DNA from: an uncultured archaeon
GTDB taxonomy: Archaea; Asgardarchaeota; Jordiarchaeia; Jordiarchaeales; Jordiarchaeaceae
Length of the DNA: 32,000 bases
Direction of reading: 5' to 3'
Assembly (NCBI GenBank): GCA_964510585.1
Contig: CAZECW010000075.1
Coordinates: 1 to 32,000, forward strand
The notes under the pieces: model-generated
What the model saw: the letters and a program-made list of their open reading frames with translations, nothing else
What the model was told of the DNA's origin: nothing
The model's database searches: none
Made by a program: the position numbers and the translations under genes
Shown: positions 1 through 9,106 of the stretch, in pieces
Numbering within the stretch: position 1 is the stretch's first letter
Layout of the letters: each line of letters opens with the position of its first letter

Positions 1-100
1 ATGGGTGTGCCATCACCCAGTTAGCACGCCCTTCCCTCATGGGAACGGCGTCTATGTTGGCACCCTCATGGGGGCTGCGTCTTGTTTAGCCCCTTAAAGC
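1..100 (-). ncRNA. Putative omega-RNA-like structured RNA (partial)
   Basis: Three adjacent GC-rich hairpins (2-19, 26-51, 71-93) and a duplicated CCCTCATGGG (34-43, 63-72). The minus frame reads GANIDAVPMREGRANWVMAHP, resembling the tail after the last RuvC motif of archaeal TnpB. TATATAAATA lies upstream at 130-139 (minus). Confidence 0.45.
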
Positions 101-211
101 CCAAGCCAAACCCTTCAGCTACCAACAACTATTTATATACCCTACTTTCAAATAAGCTTTTTGGCGATTCATCCCCACGACTAAAGTCGGGGGCTTTCTC
201 GCCAAGGTTTT
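1..211 (-). mobile_element. Non-autonomous IS200/IS605-family element (IS608-like left end joined to probable tnpB 3' tail/omega-RNA); runs off the window
   Basis: Minus strand reads TTAC|AAAACCTTGGCGAG-AAAG-CCCCCGACT-TT-AGTCG-T-GGGG: TTAC target (212-215), AAAG guide (194-197) and a hairpin with bulged T (173-193), the IS608 left-end architecture. An outer stem TTGGCGA/TCGCCAA spans 161-167/199-205. No transposase ORF follows. Confidence 0.75.
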
Positions 212-263
212 GTAAAAAATGTGTGGGTGGTAACTGTTTTTATTGGCGAATTAGATTGCATGG

Positions 264-932
264 TTGTTTGAAATGTTGGGGAATGTTGTCCAGAAAATGG
301 TTGAGGGTCTCAGTGTAGAGGATTTCCAAGTTTATTGCAAAAAGGTTTCTAAAGGCAGGTTCAGGGAAGAAGAAAACTTGGAAATATATTTAAAGAGGAA
401 GGGATTGGAGAGTCGGCTCTTGGATGTCAAGGTATTTCATGGTAGGCCTCCTTACCACACTCCTTGGGTGGAATTCTTTGATATTAGAACACCCATCGTT
501 ATGGGCAGTGAAACATTGGAGTTTTTCGATTCGCCCGTTGAGGATGAGTTGTTGACGATTTTTTCCCAAGCCCTCAGTGGGGGAGAGAGTATTTTTGTAG
601 AGTACTATGAAGACGAAGAAACTCGGAGGCAGCTCGGGGCTGGGTTACCGCCACCAGTGAGTCGATTGGGCTACAAGTTATTTATGTTGGGTTTCACTTG
701 GTTTAAAGACTGGTATTTTGCTGAGGGTTTCTGGGAAGGGGGACAAAAGCTACAAGGAGAAAAACCCAGCAGGGAATCAAAAAGTCGGCAGTTAGCGTAC
801 ATCTATAGCGAAGCCAAGAACTTCCTCGAAAAGCAGCAGAGCATGGAGAAACATGAATGGTACCAGGTTAGAGCGGTTGTCAGAGCCAAAAACATAATCA
901 GCCTACTTAAGGGCTCTCTTGAACAGTTTTAA
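264..932 (+). CDS. DUF1122 family protein
   Basis: Motifs GRPPYHTPWVE, FVEYYEDEET and GFTWFKDWYFAEGFWEGGQKLQGEKP. Confidence 0.85.
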   Translation: MFEMLGNVVQKMVEGLSVEDFQVYCKKVSKGRFREEENLEIYLKRKGLESRLLDVKVFHGRPPYHTPWVEFFDIRTPIVMGSETLEFFDSPVEDELLTIFSQALSGGESIFVEYYEDEETRRQLGAGLPPPVSRLGYKLFMLGFTWFKDWYFAEGFWEGGQKLQGEKPSRESKSRQLAYIYSEAKNFLEKQQSMEKHEWYQVRAVVRAKNIISLLKGSLEQF

Positions 933-970
933 TTTTTTTCAAAATATTGATTTTTTTCTGAAAATTTTTC
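933..970 (+). terminator. Oligo-T archaeal terminator region
   Basis: Several T runs directly after the stop codon, between convergent genes. Confidence 0.4.
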
Positions 971-1091
971 AAATTAATAATGTAAAATTATAAAAAATCC
1001 ATCAAGATTGTAGGGAAATAAAAAATAAAACTTTCAAAGTCCTTAAGAAGCAATACGGGCAATAGGTTCTAAACATTTAAGGTTTTTAGTG

Positions 1092-1376
1092 TTATTTTGA
1101 TTCCCGTTTTTCAGTTACGGAAAAGGACACAATTGCACCAGAATCTGTTTCTTCCACCTCATCTATTCTGGTCTCAACTCCAAAATCTTTGAGCACGTAG
1201 ACCAGGTCTTCAAAGTAATCATAGAAACCACAAGTGCGACAGTAGGGCCCCGTGAATTCTATCTTAAATGAGCACTTGGCATTTGAAACAATCCTAGCAT
1301 TAGCCTCAGGCGAACGGTATTTATTGTACTCCCTAACCGCCTTGTACAAAACCTTCTCAAAAGACTCTTTACTCAT
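1092..1376 (-). CDS. Conserved archaeal hypothetical protein with CxxC (probable start ATG 1376)
   Basis: EYNKYRSPEA...FTGPYCRTCGFYDYFEDL; the extension to 1430 looks non-coding. Confidence 0.7.
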   Translation of the reverse strand: MSKESFEKVLYKAVREYNKYRSPEANARIVSNAKCSFKIEFTGPYCRTCGFYDYFEDLVYVLKDFGVETRIDEVEETDSGAIVSFSVTEKRESK

Positions 1377-1500
1377 AAGTAATACGAAAAAAGGCAAGCT
1401 TAAAAAAATAATCTGTTTCCACGACCGCAAAACAAAACTCCAAAACCTTTCAGAGTATCAGAAGGGGGAGAGAAGTTTAGATTATTCTCTTCCCGAGAAT

Positions 1501-2286
1501 TTAGAATCCGAGGTCTTCTCCTATGAGTATCACAAATATGCGGTTTGGTATGTGGGGTTGATCTATTATGGTGGTCATGCCACATGCCCTATTTTTGTGT
1601 CCGCAGTTTTTGAGAATTTTTGGTTCACCTCCACATCTTCCCAGACGGGAGCAGGGAGGATACCATTGTTCCTCATCCTTGTTCTTGGGTTCACCCCCCA
1701 TCATTCTCACAAGCTGGGGAGCCACCACGTTTCTCACTCTAACAAAGGCGTCGTCCAGGTCTCTAACTATTTTGTTGCATCCTGCGACAACATAAACTTT
1801 CTTGGGACCGAACATCATTGCGGCTATCCTGTTGCCATATCCATCACTATTAACCAGCATTCCCTTTAGGGTGATTGCATTTGTGCTGGTTAGATAAAGG
1901 TCTGCGTGTAGCGCCGCACGCCACTTCTTAATGGTTTTGTCAAGGGCCCCCTCTGTTAACATCCAGTGCCTTGCCACGTGAATTTCCTCAGGTGTGACAA
2001 TGTCTTCGAATGGATTTATGCACTTCCACTTTCCAGCCTTCTGCAAATCGAAAAGAATACCCAAATTAATGAGAGTAACCGAGCCGCCCCACGAGATGAC
2101 GCCACCTTCCGGTACCTCTTTTTCAATCATCTCAAATATCTTTGTTCTCGCCTCTTTAGCAGTTGGTATATACATACCGTCCATATTATTTTTTCTCAAA
2201 TTATCAATAACTTGGTTAGCGAGCTTCTCATAATACCACGGCTTAATACCATACCATTTCGCTAAATCTGGTTCTGTTTTAGCCAT
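1501..2286 (-). CDS. LUD-domain (lactate utilisation-like) protein with C-terminal 4-Cys cluster
   Basis: WGGSVTL, ADLYLTSTNAITLKGMLVNSDGYGNRIAAMMFGPKKV, PCSRLGRC..C..RAC and ILIGEDLGF; GGTGA ribosome site before ATG 2286. Confidence 0.85.
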   Translation of the reverse strand: MAKTEPDLAKWYGIKPWYYEKLANQVIDNLRKNNMDGMYIPTAKEARTKIFEMIEKEVPEGGVISWGGSVTLINLGILFDLQKAGKWKCINPFEDIVTPEEIHVARHWMLTEGALDKTIKKWRAALHADLYLTSTNAITLKGMLVNSDGYGNRIAAMMFGPKKVYVVAGCNKIVRDLDDAFVRVRNVVAPQLVRMMGGEPKNKDEEQWYPPCSRLGRCGGEPKILKNCGHKNRACGMTTIIDQPHIPNRIFVILIGEDLGF

Positions 2287-2351
2287 AACAATCACCTTGA
2301 GGTTTTTAGAATTGATAATGGTAACCCGTATTTTATTTTTTCATTAAAGTT

Positions 2352-2567
2352 AAGGCACGATGTAACAATTATGTTTTTTGGGGTTTGGGTCAGGCACAGT
2401 GTAGTGCCTATATTTTTTGCATAAGGGATATGTGTTTTGTTTATTGACTGCTTGAAAAGGGAGGCCTTTATTTAAGCCTTCTTTTCCAATTCCGAGGCTT
2501 ATTGGAGGATTTAAGAGCCTCAACATACTAAAAACCAGAAAAATACATACCAGTTACATCGTGCCTT
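2352..2567. repeat. 15-bp perfect inverted repeat AAGGCACGATGTAAC (2352-2366) / GTTACATCGTGCCTT (2553-2567)
   Basis: Read directly; lies between divergent genes; internal palindrome AGGCAC-N6-GTGCCT at 2392-2409. Confidence 0.85.
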
Positions 2568-2573
2568 TTTAAA

Positions 2574-2595
2574 GGAAAAAAATATATATTTTATA
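2574..2595 (+). promoter_or_regulatory. BRE/TATA-like promoter of paaK-like gene
   Basis: GGAAAAAAATATATATTTTATA about 25-40 nt upstream of the start. Confidence 0.5.
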
Positions 2596-2617
2596 GTTTA
2601 AATAAACTACAAACAAA

Positions 2618-4045
2618 ATGGTGGAATATATGGTATCTGAGGTAGATATTTTTAGAAATGTCAATAACCTGCCCAAAAAGGAGGAGAAGTACTGGAATAG
2701 AAAAATGGAGACAATAGATAGAAAGGAGTTGAGGGAGCTTCAGTTTAAACTCGCCAAGAGACAGTTAAAATATGCTTATGAAAATGCACCATACTATCAT
2801 GATAGATTCAAAAAGGCGGGAATAAAGCCAGACGATATTAGAGATTGGAAGGATTGGGAGAAAAAGGTTCCCATTACAGTGAAGGACGACCTGCGAAACT
2901 ATCGTGAAAAAACTAAAGATTCTTTTTACGGTGTGCTTGCACTACCCTGGGAAAAGGTAAGAGACATCTACATAAGTACCGGCACCACAGGTAGATCCAC
3001 TTATTGGGCTTTTTCAAAAGAGGATTGGAAATGGATATACGAAATGACCCTGAGAACCGTATGGTCAATGTATCAACTTCGCCCCGGTGACATGTTCTTA
3101 GGCAACGCTGGTAGATTTCACGGCGGATTCGAAGTAATGAGAGGACCAGATAGTCTGATGGACATCGGTATAACTGTACTATGGAACGATGTATTACCTT
3201 TACCAATGTTTATGGATAAAATGATTCAATACTGCCAAGATTTCAAAGGCAAAATTAAAGCAATATACTTCCCAGCTTTTCTATCCTGGGCTTTTATGGG
3301 TTACATGAACTCTAAGGGATTGGATCCAGTTGAGGATCTTGGTTTTGACAATATGATAGGAGGTTGGGCTGGAGGAGCGCTCACGACAGCTACAAGAGAC
3401 ATGCTAAAAGACGTTTTCGGCTTCAAAGCAGTTCTGAACATGGCCTGTTTAGGGGACACAATGGTCCCATTGATAGGTTGCCTTGAGGGACAAGGCCTCA
3501 AAACGCATGTTTGGGAAGACATACACTTAGTAGAACATGTGGATATGAAAACTGGAGAGCCAATAGAGCCTGATGAAGTGGGAGACTGGGTCATTACGCC
3601 ACTGCATAACCACGCGGTGCCTCATATAAGGTGGAGAATGGAAGATTACACAAAAATGGATTTTGAACCCTGTGTCTGTGGCACAACACACCTCTCAATA
3701 ACAATACTGGGCAGAGAATCAGACAAAATCACAATTGATGGTAAAATTATACTTCCCCAAATGGTTGAAGAAGTACTCTACAAGATACCCGAAATAGGCC
3801 CCGGCGGTGCAATGGCTTGCCAAGTGGTTAAAACAGCCCCAGAAAAACAGGACAGCTTAATCATTAGAACAGGGTACATCCAGGATAAAGTAAAGGATCA
3901 GGCAGCTTTCAAAGAAAAAGTGAGAGCTAATGTTCAAGAGAGTTTAGGGGTACCAGTGAGGGATGTGGAGCTTTTAACCCCAGAAGAGGTGGCTCAAGCA
4001 GGAAGCGTAGGATGGAAAATAGCCAGAATACAAAAGAGATACTAA
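2618..4045 (+). CDS. paaK: Phenylacetate-CoA ligase (PaaK) family adenylate-forming enzyme
   Basis: ELQFKLAKRQLKYAYENAPYY, PITVKDDLR, STGTTG, HVWED, PHIRWRMED, CVCG and GRESD; substrate uncertain. Confidence 0.8.
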   Translation: MVEYMVSEVDIFRNVNNLPKKEEKYWNRKMETIDRKELRELQFKLAKRQLKYAYENAPYYHDRFKKAGIKPDDIRDWKDWEKKVPITVKDDLRNYREKTKDSFYGVLALPWEKVRDIYISTGTTGRSTYWAFSKEDWKWIYEMTLRTVWSMYQLRPGDMFLGNAGRFHGGFEVMRGPDSLMDIGITVLWNDVLPLPMFMDKMIQYCQDFKGKIKAIYFPAFLSWAFMGYMNSKGLDPVEDLGFDNMIGGWAGGALTTATRDMLKDVFGFKAVLNMACLGDTMVPLIGCLEGQGLKTHVWEDIHLVEHVDMKTGEPIEPDEVGDWVITPLHNHAVPHIRWRMEDYTKMDFEPCVCGTTHLSITILGRESDKITIDGKIILPQMVEEVLYKIPEIGPGGAMACQVVKTAPEKQDSLIIRTGYIQDKVKDQAAFKEKVRANVQESLGVPVRDVELLTPEEVAQAGSVGWKIARIQKRY

Positions 4046-4373
4046 TAAAAGAGTGGTGTGGGCAAATCCGGTTTGAACCAGTTCCAAATATTATTTTTTT
4101 CCTTTTTAGCTATTTTACTAGGATTTAAAGTCTGCTGTTTTTTAGTACCATATCTTGATTCCACAAAAAGGACAAAATATAACGTGCAGATAAACGGCTG
4201 AAATGCCCTGAAAAATAGTTATAATTTCAGCTGCTATGTTTATTTGCCAAAGCTTGCAATGAACCATTTTGGCTAAATTCTTAGTCATTGTTTCTTTTAG
4301 ATTATAATTATAGTAGGGTAACACAAACATTAAAAGTGATATTAAAAATAGGAATGGTAAGGAGGATAAATGT

Positions 4374-4790
4374 ATGAGTAAGGATATGGAGTATCTCTGG
4401 AAAGCAAACCAGAAGGCTTTAGGACTTACAGATGAACAGGTTGAAATGATGAAAAAGAATCCTAAAGCTGTAAAAATGATTCAGCACAGCCCAGACCTTT
4501 ATAATAAAAAAATAGTGGCGGAAATTGTGAAAACAAAGAACTGCGCCTGTCACAAAGTGGGAGATAAAATCGTTTTCCGAGTAGCAGGAGGCATGATAAA
4601 GGAGGAATCATGCGAAAACCCGTGCCTTTTCGCCATAGGACCATTAGCAACCCTCGGCTATATAATATTCGACCGTGTAGCATCCGGGTGCGACACAAGT
4701 GAACTCATGATAGATAGTATCAAATGTATGGATGTAGGACTTGAAAACGGTGGTGTGGGAGAAGTACTAATGAAGATAAGAGTGGAATAG
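4374..4790 (+). CDS. Cys-containing hypothetical protein, TIGR04076-like
   Basis: GGAGG ribosome site; CACHKVGDKIVF...CLFAI...CMDVG...GEVLMKIRVE. Confidence 0.6.
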   Translation: MSKDMEYLWKANQKALGLTDEQVEMMKKNPKAVKMIQHSPDLYNKKIVAEIVKTKNCACHKVGDKIVFRVAGGMIKEESCENPCLFAIGPLATLGYIIFDRVASGCDTSELMIDSIKCMDVGLENGGVGEVLMKIRVE

Positions 4791-4885
4791 ACCATGTATC
4801 AATAAAAAGACAATGAGATTTACATCTGAGGCCTAATATCTTAAATTCAATAAAAACCTGCGTAAGCTTCTCTTCTTAGATAATT

Positions 4886-4901
4886 ATGAAAAATTTTTCA
4901 T
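4886..4901. promoter_or_regulatory. Perfect 16-bp palindrome ATGAAAAATTTTTCAT, possible operator
   Basis: About 35 nt upstream of the aldo/keto reductase pseudogene start; AT-rich, so may be chance. Confidence 0.25.
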
Positions 4902-4935
4902 TGCAAGAAAAGTTTTAGTAAAAGGGGCAGCGAAA

Positions 4936-5297
4936 ATGTAATTCCGAAAGTTTGGAAAAACTTGACTGTAAGGTTTCAGCTTTAGGTTTCGGATGTATGT
5001 GTTTACTAACAAATGATGGGGTAACATTGGCGGAAATGTAAATGAAAAAGAAGCGATAGCAATGATTAGTATTCAATCGATCAAGGGGTCAATCATATTT
5101 ATGCATCATATCCGTACAATAATTGGAATGGTGAGATTGTTTTAGGAAAAGCGTTGAAAGACGGGTATAGGTTGAAGGTCAAACCAGCGGCAAATTCTCC
5201 CGTGTTTTTCCTAAAGAAGATGGAAGATTTTGACACATAACCAAACGCACAATTAAAAAAGTTACAAACAGATCATACTCACTTTTATTTTCTACCA
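4936..5297 (+). pseudogene. Aldo/keto reductase pseudogene (N-terminal part)
   Basis: Stitched across stops and frameshifts: M*FRKFGK/LDCKVSALGFGCM..NEKEAIAMI../IDQGVNHIYASYPY..GEIVLGKALKDGYRLKVK..EDFDT*PNAQLKKLQTDHTHFYFL. Confidence 0.85.
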
Positions 5298-5812
5298 GTA
5301 TTTGAAAATGGAATGTATGTTTGAAACTGGTTGTAGCTGGTAAGCAGCCACCAGAACAGCAGCCACAAACCTAGACTCCACTATCCATTCAAGTCGATGT
5401 CTTCTTTTTGGGAGGATCTTTAGCCCTCCTATCCAGCGAGGCCACACTCATTTACTTGAAGCCAGTTTACGTTATCTCAAACCACCCAAGTCAGGGGCGT
5501 CTGCTTCTTGCACTGGTTCGATTCTTCTTAATCTTAAGTATGGTGGGTGCGATCCTTAAAGAGACGAAGGGATTGGGAACCTTTTGTAATACGCGTAAGG
5601 ATTCCCTGCTCTTCTTCCACCGTCTTTTTCTGGCTCTTTCCATCTTGGGGGATCTGCCATCGAAAATCGAAAAATTGTTTGAACAAAAACTGAGGAGTTG
5701 AAAAATATGATACTAGACTAACAAAGCAGGGATACTGATTATAGAGGCGGGGAAAATCTATTATAAGTGATTACACCTTCTAAATTTATAAACAGAATTA
5801 GGGGGTTAACAT

Positions 5813-7528
5813 ATGTCTAAGCTTCCCGAGGAACTTATGAAAAAGGCGGAAGTTCCACAATTTGTTAAGGATCAGTTGGAAAATGTGGTTATTCCTCCAC
5901 TGATATATGGTATGGGGTACACAGAGGAAGATTTGAAAAAGCCTAGAATAGGCATCGCAAACACTTGGAATGAGCTAAATCCTGGCCAAGTGCACCTCAA
6001 CAAGATTGCAGAGAAGGTGAGGGAAGGAATCAGGAGTGCAGGTATGACGCCATTTGAGTTCAGCACAATTGGTCCCTGCGACGGAATCGCACAGGGACAC
6101 GAAGGCATGAGATTCATTCTCCCAACTAGGGAAATCATTGCTGCCTCCATTGAGATTATGGCTAAGGTGAACCGGTTCGATGGAATGGTTATGATTGGAA
6201 CATGCGACAAAATTGTTCCCGGAATACTGATGGCTGCTGCAAGGATAAACATTCCCACAGCCATAATTACTGGGGGCTACCATCTTCCATACTGTTTTCC
6301 CGGTAAAATATTTGATGAGGCGGAGGAGTTTGCCCACTACGAGATTGGTAAATTCTACTTCGCATGGCAGAGAGGGGAGATTCCAGAGGAGGAGTTTAAA
6401 AAGGCTCTCCACGGAATAGTAACTGGGCCTGGGGCTTGCCCCATGTTGGGTACGGCAGTAACTATGCAGTGTATGTGTGAAGCCTTAGGAATGTCTTTAC
6501 CCTACTCCGGACTGTTACCTGCGCTGAGCAAGGAGAAGCTGGACTACGCTAAAAAGACTGGTGAAGCCCTAAGATACCTAGTTGAAAATAATATCACACC
6601 ATCAAAAATAATGACAAAGGAAGCTTTTGAAAACGCCATCAGGGTTCTCCTAGCAATTGGAGGCTCAACGAATGGCTATTTACACCTTCCAGCCATAGCC
6701 CACGAGCTTGACATAAAAATAGAATTGGACCTTTTCGACGAATTGAGTGAAACCACACCCCAAATCGTGGCCCTCAAACCTAACGGTCCAAGGGCAATAC
6801 AAGCCCTAGATGAAGCCGGCGGAATACCGGCAGTCATGAAAAGCATAAGCAGCCTACTGCATCTGGACGTCATAAACGTGTCTGGAAAAACTCTCAGAGA
6901 AACACTAAAAGATGTAGAAATTAAAGATAAAGAAATTATCAGGCCCATGGATAACCCGTTCAGCCCTGACGGAGGACTCGTGGTGTTAAAGGGAAACCTG
7001 GCACCAGATGGAGCAATAGTTAAAAAGGCAGGCACACCTCCAAACATGTTCAAATATAGAGGCCCCGCAAAAATTTTTGAATACGAGGAGGAGGCAATTC
7101 AAAACCTGTTCCAAGGAAAAGTGAAGCCAGGAGAATGCGTAATAATCAGGTATGAGGGTCCCAAGGGAGGACCGGGCATGAGGGAAATGGCTGTGCCGGG
7201 ACATATAATACAACTCTTAGGGTTGGGAGAATCATGCGCTCTTATAACTGACGGCCGCTATAGTGGCAGCACCTACGGGCTCTGTGTGGGGCATGTTTCT
7301 CCAGAGGCTGCTGAGGGGGGACCATTAGCAATAGTAAGGGAAGGAGACATAATAGAAGTTGACATTCCCAATAAGACTATCAGGTTAGACCTGCCAGATG
7401 AGGAGATAAAGAAGAGACTCGCGCAGTGGAAGCCACCAGAACCAAAATACAAGAAGGGCCTCCTCGCTTGGTACTCTCAGTTTGTAACTTCTGCAGATAA
7501 AGGCGCAATACTGAAACCAAAATTATAA
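5813..7528 (+). CDS. ilvD: Dihydroxy-acid dehydratase (IlvD/Edd family)
   Basis: KPRIGIANTW, CDGIAQGH, CDK, GAC, GGSTN, GNLAPDG, YEGPKGGPGMREM, TDGRYSG and GHVSPEA. Confidence 0.92.
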   Translation: MSKLPEELMKKAEVPQFVKDQLENVVIPPLIYGMGYTEEDLKKPRIGIANTWNELNPGQVHLNKIAEKVREGIRSAGMTPFEFSTIGPCDGIAQGHEGMRFILPTREIIAASIEIMAKVNRFDGMVMIGTCDKIVPGILMAAARINIPTAIITGGYHLPYCFPGKIFDEAEEFAHYEIGKFYFAWQRGEIPEEEFKKALHGIVTGPGACPMLGTAVTMQCMCEALGMSLPYSGLLPALSKEKLDYAKKTGEALRYLVENNITPSKIMTKEAFENAIRVLLAIGGSTNGYLHLPAIAHELDIKIELDLFDELSETTPQIVALKPNGPRAIQALDEAGGIPAVMKSISSLLHLDVINVSGKTLRETLKDVEIKDKEIIRPMDNPFSPDGGLVVLKGNLAPDGAIVKKAGTPPNMFKYRGPAKIFEYEEEAIQNLFQGKVKPGECVIIRYEGPKGGPGMREMAVPGHIIQLLGLGESCALITDGRYSGSTYGLCVGHVSPEAAEGGPLAIVREGDIIEVDIPNKTIRLDLPDEEIKKRLAQWKPPEPKYKKGLLAWYSQFVTSADKGAILKPKL

Positions 7529-7951
7529 ATTGCTCACCGATAATGGTAAGGTGGTTCGCCACTAAAATTGGAGACGAAAAGCAGCAAAAGGTGTTAAAAA
7601 ATACTTCAATCTTTGTTCCTTAAGGGCTCTATTTTTGTCTGCGCGGTCATCTTCGCTTTCCTTCTGGTCTGAGGCCACTTTTTTCTTTTTTTATATGGTT
7701 TTAGGAAACACCGATTGAAATCATGTTTCTATCGCCAAAGTGGTGGCTAGTGAAGTTTCCTTTGAAACTCAAGTTGTTTCTCTCTCACTTTTATTTTCGT
7801 GAATAAAAATTTGATAAAGTATAATCGGGAAACCGCATCTCTAAGGGAATTTAATTGGATGAAGGATTAAATTAACGCTACTTTTTAATAAATGTGAACC
7901 CATTAAGATGGGAATAATGTAAAATTTGGAGAATTAAATGGAGGGAAAAAT

Positions 7952-9106
7952 GTGTCGTTACCTATTAGAATACCTATTATTTATCACGGAGTAGGGTCTA
8001 TTGAGCACCTAAGGAATTTTAGAGAGAAGAGAATTTTGATTGTATCCGACAAAACAGTTATCCAAATGTTTGGCGACAAGCTTTCAGATATTTTCAAGGA
8101 TAGAGAGACAAAAATTTTTGACGAGGTGGAGCCTGATCCCAAGGACACAATTATGGTGAGGTGTGGTGATGTTGCCCGTAAATTTAAGCCAGAACTTATC
8201 ATTGGGATCGGAGGGGGATCAGCGATGGACACTGCCAAAGCGGCTTATTTCCTTTACGGGCAAGAATCCCTGAAATTATATGACATAAATGTGTTGGTGG
8301 AGTACAATTTGAGGGAAAAATCCAAACTGGTTTTGATACCAACCACTAGTGGAACCGGTGCTGAACACACGCCGGGATTAGTGGTTACGAATACTCAAAC
8401 GGGGCAGAAGGTCTCCCTAGCTTCCTTTGAGTTAATTCCTTGGGCCGTGATTCTTGATCCTGCATTGACTTTAAAAATGCCGCAAAAGCTTACTGCTGCA
8501 ACTGGACTTGATGCTTTAACGCAGGCAATTGAGGGGGCTATTAGTAAAATGGGAAGCGATTTCACACAAGCCCTAAATCTGTATGCAATTAAAATTCTCT
8601 TTAAGTACTTACCGATGGCTGCTGGGGAGGGAGCGGGTGACATTCAGGTTCGTGCAAAGGTTCACTTTGCCGCCTCCATGGCAGGAATAGGCTTTGGAAA
8701 CTCGGGTCTGGGTCTCGCCCACTCCTGTGGACATGCACTTGGTGGAGCCTTCCACATCCCCCACGGGATCAGTGTTGGGGTGATGTTGCCATACGTTATT
8801 GAATTCAATAAGCCCGAGTGTAGGGATAAGTACATTGAAATTCTTGAGTGCCTAAACATTATGGGTGTGGAAGATCCTGCAGCTACCTTATCCAATATGG
8901 TCAGAGATATACTAAGAAAACTGAAGACGCCCCTAAGCATAAGAGGGCTCGGAGTTTCTGAGAAGGATTGGGAGCAGAATTTTGAAAAAATAGTGAATTG
9001 GACTAAGAGCGACATAATTACAATGATAAATCCGAGGATGGCAAGCGAAGAACAGATTAAAAAAATCTTCCAATATGCATACCAGGGAAAACCAATAGAT
9101 TTCTAA
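7952..9106 (+). CDS. Iron-containing alcohol dehydrogenase
   Basis: VEPDP, GGGSAMDTAK, IPTTSGTGAE, GLDALTQAIE, GLAHSCGH, HIPHG and NPR. Confidence 0.9.
   Translation: MSLPIRIPIIYHGVGSIEHLRNFREKRILIVSDKTVIQMFGDKLSDIFKDRETKIFDEVEPDPKDTIMVRCGDVARKFKPELIIGIGGGSAMDTAKAAYFLYGQESLKLYDINVLVEYNLREKSKLVLIPTTSGTGAEHTPGLVVTNTQTGQKVSLASFELIPWAVILDPALTLKMPQKLTAATGLDALTQAIEGAISKMGSDFTQALNLYAIKILFKYLPMAAGEGAGDIQVRAKVHFAASMAGIGFGNSGLGLAHSCGHALGGAFHIPHGISVGVMLPYVIEFNKPECRDKYIEILECLNIMGVEDPAATLSNMVRDILRKLKTPLSIRGLGVSEKDWEQNFEKIVNWTKSDIITMINPRMASEEQIKKIFQYAYQGKPIDF

Noticed and set aside
82..318. 78-aa ORF at the left edge
   Set aside because: Crosses the IS left-end hairpin and overlaps DUF1122; no protein-like motif
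1252..2265. Plus-strand ORFs over the LUD gene, and the many similar antisense ORFs across the window
   Set aside because: Shadows of well-supported genes on the opposite strand
5330..5701. Possible transposase remnant or the 97-aa plus-strand ORF
   Set aside because: No DDE motif, terminal repeats or target duplication; kept only as an unidentified gene ghost
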